Positions 35,675 through 43,954 of a DNA stretch of 64,000 bases are shown here, piece by piece. Both the position numbers and the translations under genes were made by a program. How positions within the stretch are numbered: the first letter of the stretch is position 1; each line of letters opens with the position of its first letter. The notes beneath the pieces are model-generated. The model was given only the letters and a program-made list of their open reading frames with translations, searched no databases and was not told where the DNA came from. This stretch comes from Bacteroidia bacterium (GTDB lineage Bacteria > Bacteroidota > Bacteroidia > Bacteroidales > VadinHA17): NCBI GenBank assembly GCA_026391475.1, contig JAPLED010000087.1, forward strand, positions 31,744 through 95,743, read 5' to 3'.

Positions 35675-36619
35675 ATGACTACTTCGGCTGATAAAACCCT
35701 TTCATTGCTGATAAAGGAGAATGCTTATGAACATGGGTTTGATCTTTGTGGTATCGTTCTATCAAAATCATTCAAAGAGCACGAACCCATTATAAGAAAC
35801 TGGTGTTCTTCTGGGATGAATGGAGATATGGACTATCTGGGTCAGTATATTGAAAAAAGGATCAATCCAGGCCTTCTTATTCCCGGTGCGAAGTCAGTCA
35901 TTGTTACAGGGTTAAATTATTATACAGAGAAAAAGCAGGGAGGAAATGGTATTCCGGTGATTTCCAGATATGCTTATGGTATTAATTATCATAATGTTAT
36001 TAAAGGCAAACTTAATAAGATCCTGGATTACATTAAAAGTATTAATCCAGAGGTAGTAGGAAAATCTTTTGTCGATTCCGCTCCGATTATTGAAAAGGCC
36101 TGGGCAAGGGAAGCCGGTTTAGGATGGCCGGGACGACATTCCATCCTGATCAACAATAAAATCGGATCATTCTTCTTTCTTGGGGTCATTGTACTTAATA
36201 TTGATCTGGATTGTGATAAACCTTATACTGAAGATCATTGCGGTACTTGCACCTTATGCATTGATTCATGCCCAACCGGGGCAATTAATGAAAACAGGAC
36301 AATTGATGTCCGAAAGTGTATCGCATATCTGACAATTGAAAATAAAGGTCCTGTCCCTGAAGAGCTTGCCCGAAAAATGGAAGGAAGAGTTTTTGGTTGT
36401 GACAAATGCCAGGAGGTATGTCCATGGAACAAGATTGCGAAACCACATAAAAACCCGGAATTTGAGCTTCCTGAAGAGATAAAGCAGATGACAGCAGAAG
36501 AGTGGCATAATCTTACAAGGGAGCAGTTTAACAGGCTCTTTAAAAGATCCGCAATTGAGAGAAGAACATATGAGCGGTTTATGCAAAATGTAACAATTGT
36601 TACAAAATTCAGCAGCTGA
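35675..36619 (+). CDS. queG: tRNA epoxyqueuosine(34) reductase
   Basis: Two 4Fe-4S motifs (CGTCTLCIDSCP and CDKCQEVCPWN) and a QueG-like N-terminal region. The ORF track starts at TTG 35669. The ATG at 35675 is preferred. Confidence 0.88.
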   Translation: MTTSADKTLSLLIKENAYEHGFDLCGIVLSKSFKEHEPIIRNWCSSGMNGDMDYLGQYIEKRINPGLLIPGAKSVIVTGLNYYTEKKQGGNGIPVISRYAYGINYHNVIKGKLNKILDYIKSINPEVVGKSFVDSAPIIEKAWAREAGLGWPGRHSILINNKIGSFFFLGVIVLNIDLDCDKPYTEDHCGTCTLCIDSCPTGAINENRTIDVRKCIAYLTIENKGPVPEELARKMEGRVFGCDKCQEVCPWNKIAKPHKNPEFELPEEIKQMTAEEWHNLTREQFNRLFKRSAIERRTYERFMQNVTIVTKFSS

Positions 36620-36727
36620 TTTCTGCACTGATTGTCGGCAATTTTTGATTCAACATCAAAAAAATCACAATAAGATTTTACCTTGCTGTTAAATTAACGT
36701 CTTAATAATACAATACCAGATAGTATT

Positions 36728-37273
36728 TTGATAGATATAAAACTTATTGAAGAGTGCAAGGGAGGAAATTTTAATAATTTCAGAAAACTTGTCGGACTGA
36801 CGTCTCCCTTTGCGTTCTCAGTAGCTTTCAGGATGCTCGGGGACGAGGATCAGGCGAAGGATGTTGTTCAGGAAACCATGATTACCATTTGGCAGAAGCT
36901 TAAAAAGATCAAATCAGCAGAAGTTTATAAAACCTGGATATACAGAATTGTGGTGAATAAATGTTATGATCAGTTGAGAAAAAGGAAGAGAAATCCGGAA
37001 TTTGTGGCAGATGAACAGACCTGGGCACTTATTTCAAACAGGATTTCGGAAGGACCGTCTGCCGCTCTTGAGAATAAAGAAACCTCAAGGATCATAAGTA
37101 TTCTGACAGAAAGGCTGAGTCCAAAACAAAAAGCAGTTTTTATATTATCAGATCTCGAAGAAATGTCAAGTGATGAAATATCTGAAATAACCGGTATAAG
37201 TAAATCAGCTGTAAAAGCTAACCTGCATTATGCAAGGAAAAATATTTCTGAAAAGGTTGAAAAATATTTATAA
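36728..37273 (+). CDS. ECF (sigma-70 group 4) RNA polymerase sigma factor
   Basis: Region 2 (DQAKDVVQETMITIWQKL, WIYRIVVNKCYDQLRKRKR) and a region 4 HTH (MSSDEISEITGISKSAVKANLHYARK). TTG start. Confidence 0.88.
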   Translation: MIDIKLIEECKGGNFNNFRKLVGLTSPFAFSVAFRMLGDEDQAKDVVQETMITIWQKLKKIKSAEVYKTWIYRIVVNKCYDQLRKRKRNPEFVADEQTWALISNRISEGPSAALENKETSRIISILTERLSPKQKAVFILSDLEEMSSDEISEITGISKSAVKANLHYARKNISEKVEKYL

Positions 37274-37280
37274 CAAAAAA

Positions 37281-37820
37281 ATGGAAAATGAAAAATATAT
37301 CAAGGTTTTAAATATCCTCAGAAAATCCAAACCTGTGTTAGGTTCAACGGATAATATTGAAAAAGAGGTGATTAAAAGGATAGCAAGAGTTCATCAATCC
37401 AGATTAAATCTTTCAGAAGTAATTGATTTTTTGTTCGGATGGGTTTATATTGGATGGGTAAGAAGGAGTCTAATTACTGCTTCAATTGTTTTGGTTTTGG
37501 TTTTTGTATATCAGCAGAGTATCATTCTGAAACGGATAGATTTTCTCAGCAGGCAGACAGTTGTTATTGATAGAGAAAACGTATCAACACATGAAGATGA
37601 AATTGAAAAAAAGCTTTTAATATATAAAAATTCGGGCCGGAGATTCTCCTCAAAAACCATAACAATATCAGAAAAGCAGATGAAAGAGTTGCTTGAGTCA
37701 GTAAATGAATTGCAGATTAAATACAAGGATCTTGAAAACCTGATTGAAGAAGATCCTGAACTGAAAAAGTTAATTGAAAAGAAGTTGATCGAAAATAATC
37801 GTACCAAAATTAATCTTTGA
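37281..37820 (+). CDS. Putative anti-sigma factor: single-pass membrane protein with a coiled-coil C-terminus
   Basis: ATG at 37281 (MENEKYIKVL), 8 nt after the sigma-gene stop. One TM helix (ITASIVLVLVFVYQQSII). The call is from position only. The ORF-track start at 37230 overlaps the sigma gene and is less likely. Confidence 0.45.
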   Translation: MENEKYIKVLNILRKSKPVLGSTDNIEKEVIKRIARVHQSRLNLSEVIDFLFGWVYIGWVRRSLITASIVLVLVFVYQQSIILKRIDFLSRQTVVIDRENVSTHEDEIEKKLLIYKNSGRRFSSKTITISEKQMKELLESVNELQIKYKDLENLIEEDPELKKLIEKKLIENNRTKINL

Positions 37821-37824
37821 AGCC

Positions 37825-38877
37825 ATGAAAAGAAAATCATTTAAACTGATCGTCTCATTGATTCTTATGATGGTTGTATCATGTGATGAGCCTGAAACTG
37901 TTGTGACGAATTATGTTCATCCCGATGGATCCATTACGAGAAAGATTGAGATGCGGAATCTTGAAAATAAATTTAAACTATCTAATATTCAGGTACCATT
38001 TGACAATACCTGGACCGTAAAAGACTCTGTAGAGATAAGCCAAAAAGGCGATACAACCTGGATAAAAAGAGCAGTGAAACAATTTAAAAATATTGATGAG
38101 ATCAACCTGACTTATAAAACAGATTCAGGAGCTAACAAAGAAATTTCGAGACACGCCGGATTTAATAAAAGATTCAAATGGTTTAACACAGAATACCGGT
38201 TTTCAGAAATAATTGATAAAAAACTGGCATTTGGCTATCCGGTAAGAGATTTTTTAAACGATGAAGAACTCTTATATTTTTATTCTCCTGAGAATGTTAA
38301 ACACGAGAAAGAGAACGGTTCGGATAGTCTTAAATTCAGAGCACTGAATGATTCAGTTAAACATAAAACCGACACCTGGACCTCAAAAAACCTTGTTTCA
38401 GAGTGGATTGGTGAGTTTTCAAAACTTACTGCAGGAAAAGCAGGGAGTGACATGAACAAGGAATCATTAAAAGCACGAGAGGATGAATTTGTGAAAATTG
38501 TTGAGGCTAATAATGAGAAATTCGATAGTTTATGGTCAAATGGTATTTTGCTTAAAGAGTTCATTGGTGAAGCTAATGCCCTGAAATATAAAACAGAAGC
38601 GGATACTGCAATCGAATCTGTTACTAAGAACTTTTTTGTGAATTTCAAAGACTATACCGTCAGGATTGTAATGCCCGGGAAAGTGATCGGTACCAACGGT
38701 TTTATTGACAGCAGCCAGGTACTGCTCTGGCCTGTAAAATCTGACTTTTTTTTAACAGAACCATATGAAATGTGGGCTTTATCGAAGATCCCGAACAGGT
38801 GGGCATGGATTGTTTCAGGATTGTTCCTGGTGTTTGTATTAACAGGTGTGATTATAAGAGTCATAAAAAAAGGCTGA
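37825..38877 (+). CDS. Hypothetical lipoprotein with a C-terminal TM anchor, co-transcribed with the ECF sigma/anti-sigma pair
   Basis: Lipobox MMVVSC and a C-terminal hydrophobic helix (WAWIVSGLFLVFVLTGVII). No family recognised. Confidence 0.5.
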   Translation: MKRKSFKLIVSLILMMVVSCDEPETVVTNYVHPDGSITRKIEMRNLENKFKLSNIQVPFDNTWTVKDSVEISQKGDTTWIKRAVKQFKNIDEINLTYKTDSGANKEISRHAGFNKRFKWFNTEYRFSEIIDKKLAFGYPVRDFLNDEELLYFYSPENVKHEKENGSDSLKFRALNDSVKHKTDTWTSKNLVSEWIGEFSKLTAGKAGSDMNKESLKAREDEFVKIVEANNEKFDSLWSNGILLKEFIGEANALKYKTEADTAIESVTKNFFVNFKDYTVRIVMPGKVIGTNGFIDSSQVLLWPVKSDFFLTEPYEMWALSKIPNRWAWIVSGLFLVFVLTGVIIRVIKKG

Positions 38878-38894
38878 ATCACTCAGCCTTTTTT
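38865..38894. terminator. Bidirectional intrinsic terminator between convergent genes
   Basis: AAAAAAAGGCTGA-atcac-TCAGCCTTTTTT. The GC core is flanked by an A-run and a T-run, and it overlaps the stop codon at 38875-38877. Confidence 0.7.
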
Positions 38895-38931
38895 AACCCA
38901 ATCTAATAAACCAAATTGCTAACAACCATAA

Positions 38932-39438
38932 TTATCTGACGTAATCCTTTAATATCAGCATCAACTTCTGACGAGTGAAGAAGATCCTGCTTTTAACTGT
39001 ACCGATTTTTAATCCAAGTTCATCGGCAATCTCTTTATATTTATAACCTTCGATATGCATCCTGAATGGAATCCTGAACTCATCATTCAAAGAATTAATT
39101 GCTTTTTCAATTTCGCCTTCGGCATATTTGGATTCAGGTGAAATAAACCCTTTGTCATGAGGCTGATTGATGTAATAGAGGTCCTGCGTTCCGTCGATAA
39201 TTGTATTCTCTTTAACATTTCTCCTGTAGTTATTTATGAAAGTATTCTTCATTATTGTAAAAACCCAGGCCTTGAGATTGGTATAATCGACGAATTTGTC
39301 TTTATAAGTGATAGCTTTAAGATAGGTGTCCTGTACAAGATCCAGAGCAGTATCGCGGTCGGATGTAAGGCTCATTGCAAACCTCTGAAGATTGGTCTTC
39401 AATCCGATGAGGTTATTGTTAAATTCAAATTGTGTCAT
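38932..39438 (-). CDS. ECF (sigma-70 group 4) RNA polymerase sigma factor, no adjacent anti-sigma gene
   Basis: Region 2 (ALDLVQDTYLKAI, WVFTIMKNTFINNYRR) and region 4 (YKEIADELGLKIGTVKSRIFFTRQKL). Confidence 0.88.
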   Translation of the reverse strand: MTQFEFNNNLIGLKTNLQRFAMSLTSDRDTALDLVQDTYLKAITYKDKFVDYTNLKAWVFTIMKNTFINNYRRNVKENTIIDGTQDLYYINQPHDKGFISPESKYAEGEIEKAINSLNDEFRIPFRMHIEGYKYKEIADELGLKIGTVKSRIFFTRQKLMLILKDYVR

Positions 39439-39718
39439 AGCTCTTAGTTTTATTATTGTTGAGACAAATTAATACAGATAAATAAAGATATGCAAATCTT
39501 AATATCTTTAAATCGTTATATTCTAATGATTTTATAAATAACTGAAATTTGTAATAATAATATATACAGTTATTTATGTCCATTATATTTAATGTTTTCT
39601 AAATATTCTATAAATTGATATTTTGAAGTTTTTTATTCTTTTTGTTGAGATTTATTTTATGATTTTCGGGGTATTGTTATATGGATTATTTGATCAACTT
39701 TCGTATTTTTAAAGAAAA

Positions 39719-40546
39719 ATGATTATGGATTTCAATATTAAACTAAGCAATGGACAGGTTTTGCGGGGCATGATCCAGAGCCCCGGAGAAAACACAAAGG
39801 CAGTAATCATCCTTGTTCACGGTCTTGGCGAGCATATTCAACGCTATATATATTGGGCTGATTTATTTAAAAAAGAGGGAATCGGATTCGCCGGTGTTGA
39901 TCTTCCCGGTCACGGTCGCTCTGAAGGAAGAAGAGGCAATATAACAAGTTATGCTCTGCTTGGAGATATGATAGATATCCTTTTGAATAGCTGTAAAAAG
40001 ACTTTTCCCGGAATCCCTGTTTATATCTATGGGCACAGTCTGGGCGGAGGTATTGTTCTTGATTATCTGTTACGCAGAAACCCAAAGGTTAAAGGTGCAA
40101 TAGTTACATCGCCATGGCTCCGTCTTTCATTTGAACCGGCAAAGGTTAAACTTATTATGGCTTTTGTAATGAAAAATCTGCTTCCCGGACTCATCCAGCC
40201 ATCAGGGCTTAATGTAAGTCACATCTCTCACGATGAAGCAGTTGTTGAAAAATACAAAACCGATCCTCTTGTTCACGGAAAAATATCTGTAAGCCTCTTT
40301 CATGGGGCGATGACAGCTGCAACATATTCACTAAAACATGCTTCAGACCTTAAAGTTCCGACGCTTATGCTCCATGGTAGTGATGATCTGGTCTGTTCAC
40401 CCGAAGGTAGCCGCGAATTTGCGGGAAAAACCAGTTTGGCTGATTTGAAAATATGGGATGGCGGATATCATGAATTGCATAATGAACCATTTAAAGATGA
40501 AGTATTTGCTTATATTATAAACTGGATAAACCGGAAGCTTGCATAA
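39719..40546 (+). CDS. Alpha/beta hydrolase (lysophospholipase / monoacylglycerol lipase-like)
   Basis: Nucleophile elbow GHSLGG, HG oxyanion motif (VHGLGEH), and C-terminal D...H (GSDD, HELHNE). Confidence 0.82.
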   Translation: MIMDFNIKLSNGQVLRGMIQSPGENTKAVIILVHGLGEHIQRYIYWADLFKKEGIGFAGVDLPGHGRSEGRRGNITSYALLGDMIDILLNSCKKTFPGIPVYIYGHSLGGGIVLDYLLRRNPKVKGAIVTSPWLRLSFEPAKVKLIMAFVMKNLLPGLIQPSGLNVSHISHDEAVVEKYKTDPLVHGKISVSLFHGAMTAATYSLKHASDLKVPTLMLHGSDDLVCSPEGSREFAGKTSLADLKIWDGGYHELHNEPFKDEVFAYIINWINRKLA

Positions 40547-40567
40547 TGAATTATTCAATTTAGAGAC

Positions 40568-41551
40568 ATGGAGCTCAGGACCACATTTAATATTGAACCA
40601 TCCCTGGATAAGATCTCCTATAACGATCCTGTGATGTTCATCGGATCATGTTTTGCCTCATCAATCGGCTCGCAGATGGAGATGGGCCGTATGCAGGTAA
40701 TCATAAATCCTGCAGGAGCTGTGTTCAATCCTGTTTCAGTATGTAATACAATAGATACCATTACATCAGGAAAGGAATTTGTTCAGGACGACTTATATTA
40801 TCACGATGGAAATTATCTTAGTTTCTATCATTACACTGATTTTTCGTCTGACGACCCGGTAAAAGTTTTGGGAAAGATCAATAATAAATCAAAAGAAGCT
40901 TTAGCCTTTTTAAAAAATGCAAGGTTCCTTTTCATAACATTGGGCACTGCAAGGGTTTACAGGTGGAAGAAGACAGGTCTGATAGTGTCAAACTGCCATA
41001 AGATCCCCTCTGACCATTTCGAACCGGAACTGCTGACAGTTAATGAGGTTGTCGCTTTATGGGCAAAGCAGCTCGACAGGTTGCATTCACTCTTTCCCCA
41101 ATTGAAAGTTGTCTTTACCATCAGTCCGGTAAGGCACTGGAAAGATGGTGCCCATGGTAACCAGATTAGCAAATCGGTATTATTCCTTGCAGTTGAAGAG
41201 TTACTTAACCATCCGGTTTCGCCGCAATATTTCCCTGCTTATGAAATGGTTATGGATGATTTGCGTGATTACAGGTTTTATAACGACGACATGCTTCATC
41301 CTTCAACCACCGCAATTAATTATATATGGGATGCATTTTCCAGATGCTTTATGGAAAACAAGACTATGAATATATGGAATGAGGTTGTTAAAATAACTAA
41401 AGCTTGCACCCACCGTTTAAATGCCGGTTCTGGTTTTAAAATAAATAGTTTTGCAGAGCGGATGCTTCAACAGATTTCTGATATTGAAGGCAAAGTTCCG
41501 TTAATAGACCTTTCACATGAGCGGAATTATTTTCTCAACCTGCTGAAATAG
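40568..41551 (+). CDS. GSCFA domain-containing protein
   Basis: Eponymous motif FIGSCFASSIG near the N-terminus. SGNH-like layout. Confidence 0.8.
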   Translation: MELRTTFNIEPSLDKISYNDPVMFIGSCFASSIGSQMEMGRMQVIINPAGAVFNPVSVCNTIDTITSGKEFVQDDLYYHDGNYLSFYHYTDFSSDDPVKVLGKINNKSKEALAFLKNARFLFITLGTARVYRWKKTGLIVSNCHKIPSDHFEPELLTVNEVVALWAKQLDRLHSLFPQLKVVFTISPVRHWKDGAHGNQISKSVLFLAVEELLNHPVSPQYFPAYEMVMDDLRDYRFYNDDMLHPSTTAINYIWDAFSRCFMENKTMNIWNEVVKITKACTHRLNAGSGFKINSFAERMLQQISDIEGKVPLIDLSHERNYFLNLLK

Positions 41552-41611
41552 TAGTCAATAATATCCAGCAGGTTGGAAAATTACTTTATGTTCATTGTTA
41601 ATAAATGGTAA

Positions 41612-42511
41612 CTAACGGAGAGACTCGATTGTCTTGATAAAATGTACCGGGTCTTTTGTTATAATAAGCCTGTCATAAGATTTCTTACTGTACTCTTCAG
41701 GAAAATCAGTCAGAATTATCTTTTTTAACATTAAAGATTTCCCGATATTGCTGAAATAACCGATTTTCTTTTCGGCAAAATCAAAAGCACTTGAGTTTAC
41801 CACGAGATATTCAAAGGGTTTTATTTTATGAATCTCAATTACTTCAGAAGCAGGTAGTATTCCACCTGTAAAAATCACATCAAAGCCCCTTTTTTTCAGG
41901 GCATATTTATAAAAGAGGAAGTTGTTATCAGTGAGATTATCTGATGTATTAATCATTGCAACGGTAGGTTTCGATTTGCCTGTTACAGGCTCAAGTAAGT
42001 TATCCTCAATGATGATAATCTGCTTGATTGTATTTCTGACAAATTGTTCCTGTGCTCTGGAAAGACTTCCTGTTTGCCAAAGAATCCTTGTTTTTTCAAG
42101 GAGGGGGTAAAGATACCTTGAGTAAGCTCTTTCAATGCCCTGATATTTAATGAATGGAATGAGAGCTTCTTTAAACAAAACCTCATTGAACCTGATGGCT
42201 GACATCAGAATTTTTCCAGGTTGGAAATCCTGATCAAGGTCATCATGTTTACTGCTGACCGTCATTACCTGCTGCGTAAGTTCATCTTCATTTAACCGGG
42301 CAATTTTGGATATTTTCAATCCATTGCGGTTAAGGTATGCGACATTTAGAATCTTTTTGAGTTCTGTTTCGCTGTAAGTTCTTATATTTGAGTCGGTTCT
42401 GTCAGGCTCAAGTATCTTGTACCTCTTCTCCCAAATCCTTATGGTATGGGCTTTAATGCCCGAGAAATTTTCAAGATCTTTTATCGAAAACACATTTAAA
42501 CCTTCTTCCAT
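41612..42511 (-). CDS. MerR-family transcriptional regulator with a CarH/LitR-like C-terminal domain lacking the B12-ligand His motif
   Basis: N-terminal MerR HTH (FSIKDLENFSGIKAHTIRIWEKRYKILEPDRTDSNIRTYS). The C-terminal Rossmann-like region (PTVAMINTSDN...GFDVIFTGG) has no (D/E)xHxxG motif. Confidence 0.7.
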   Translation of the reverse strand: MEEGLNVFSIKDLENFSGIKAHTIRIWEKRYKILEPDRTDSNIRTYSETELKKILNVAYLNRNGLKISKIARLNEDELTQQVMTVSSKHDDLDQDFQPGKILMSAIRFNEVLFKEALIPFIKYQGIERAYSRYLYPLLEKTRILWQTGSLSRAQEQFVRNTIKQIIIIEDNLLEPVTGKSKPTVAMINTSDNLTDNNFLFYKYALKKRGFDVIFTGGILPASEVIEIHKIKPFEYLVVNSSAFDFAEKKIGYFSNIGKSLMLKKIILTDFPEEYSKKSYDRLIITKDPVHFIKTIESLR

Positions 42512-42681
42512 AGCTGTATTTCAATAATAATTTAGCATAAATAATCGTTATTACAATCAGGTAAACAATCATGAAACAGAATTGTTTAACAAACTTTTAT
42601 TAAGAGTCTAATTGAATTTTATTATAATGCGGAAACTTCCCCGGAAAATCCGTAACAAAAGACGAAAATAGCGAATTTCTT

Positions 42682-43053
42682 TTATTCAGATTCTTCAACC
42701 ATTATTTTTTTTACAACTCTCGTCCCGTCACTGAAAATGATAGTTACCAGATACATTCCCCTTTTTGTATTTTCGAGTAAGATCTTTATTAATTGCTGCG
42801 GATTGCTATATTGAACTCTGAAAACATCCTGACCGATTATATTAGTGATCTTTACAAAAGACACATCCCTGTCGGTTTTAATTGTAAAACTGTTTTCCCT
42901 TACTGGTACAGGATATATGCTCACATTAATATTAGCAACATCTCTTGAAATATCTTTTTGAGGAAGATTACTAATAACAGCGATAGTATCCTTCTGGGCC
43001 TGAAGGGTTGACGTTAAAATAATAATAAGTATAAAGAGTAAACTCTTCTTCAT
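42682..43053 (-). CDS. Small T9SS type A sorting (Por_Secre_tail) domain-containing protein
   Basis: 123 aa. It consists of a signal peptide, a linker of about 30 aa, and a C-terminal ~75 aa with the CTD pattern (VSIYPVPVRENSFTI...ITNIIGQDV...GMYLVTIIFSDGTRVVKKIMV). Confidence 0.75.
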   Translation of the reverse strand: MKKSLLFILIIILTSTLQAQKDTIAVISNLPQKDISRDVANINVSIYPVPVRENSFTIKTDRDVSFVKITNIIGQDVFRVQYSNPQQLIKILLENTKRGMYLVTIIFSDGTRVVKKIMVEESE

Positions 43054-43106
43054 ATATTACCTTTTAAATAATCTCTATCAAAAATTGTGCTAAAGTTAAC
43101 AATATA

Positions 43107-43880
43107 TTAAATAAAATGTTCTAAGAGCAGTTTAGCTTTCTCCAGATCATCAGGTGTATCAATACCTATATTTTCCCACAAAGTAACTGCTGTTCTGATC
43201 CGAAAGCCGTTTTCTATCCACCTGTTCTGTTCAAGCGATTCCGAAATTTCGAGAGGACTACGGGCCAATAATGTTATCCTTTTCAGTGTTTCTGTCCGAT
43301 ATGCATATAGACCAATATGTTTATAATAAATATGTTTCATCGACCAGTCACTCTTTTCAGCATCTCTGATAAATGGTATTGCAGCCCGGCTGAAATAAAT
43401 GGCATCTCCTTCTGAGTTTAGAATCACTTTTGGCTGGTTTGGGTTAAAAATATCCTCCCCCGGTTCAGTCCTTCTTACCAGTGTTGCTATTTCTACCTTT
43501 TCCCCGGTGAAGCATTTCATGAGGAGATCGATCTGCTCCGGTTTAATGAAAGGTTCATCACCCTGAATATTTATGACAATATCGATAGGTTTACCTGTCT
43601 CACTGGTTATTCTGGTAACAGCTTCCGCGCAGCGATCGGTTCCGCTATGATGATTGGGTGAAGTCATTATTGCTTTTCCCCCGAAGTTTAATACTGTGTC
43701 GAATATCCTTTTATCGTCTGTGGCAACATAAATGAGGTCGAGTGATTTGCCGGCCTGTTCATATACTCTTTGTATCATCGGCTTATTCCCGATCAGTGCA
43801 AGCGGTTTGCCCGGGAACCGTGATGAGGCATACCGTGCAGGTATTATACCGGCAAAATGATATCGTTTATCTGCTTTCAT
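43107..43880 (-). CDS. kdsB: 3-deoxy-manno-octulosonate cytidylyltransferase (CMP-KDO synthetase)
   Basis: IIPARYASSRFPGKPL N-terminal motif and INIQGDEPFI. Confidence 0.93.
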   Translation of the reverse strand: MKADKRYHFAGIIPARYASSRFPGKPLALIGNKPMIQRVYEQAGKSLDLIYVATDDKRIFDTVLNFGGKAIMTSPNHHSGTDRCAEAVTRITSETGKPIDIVINIQGDEPFIKPEQIDLLMKCFTGEKVEIATLVRRTEPGEDIFNPNQPKVILNSEGDAIYFSRAAIPFIRDAEKSDWSMKHIYYKHIGLYAYRTETLKRITLLARSPLEISESLEQNRWIENGFRIRTAVTLWENIGIDTPDDLEKAKLLLEHFI

Positions 43881-43954
43881 GTTGCAAATTTACGAAAAAT
43901 GAATTTCCCAATGTTTTAAAAAAACGTTAAATTCGCAGGATTGTAAAACAGGAA

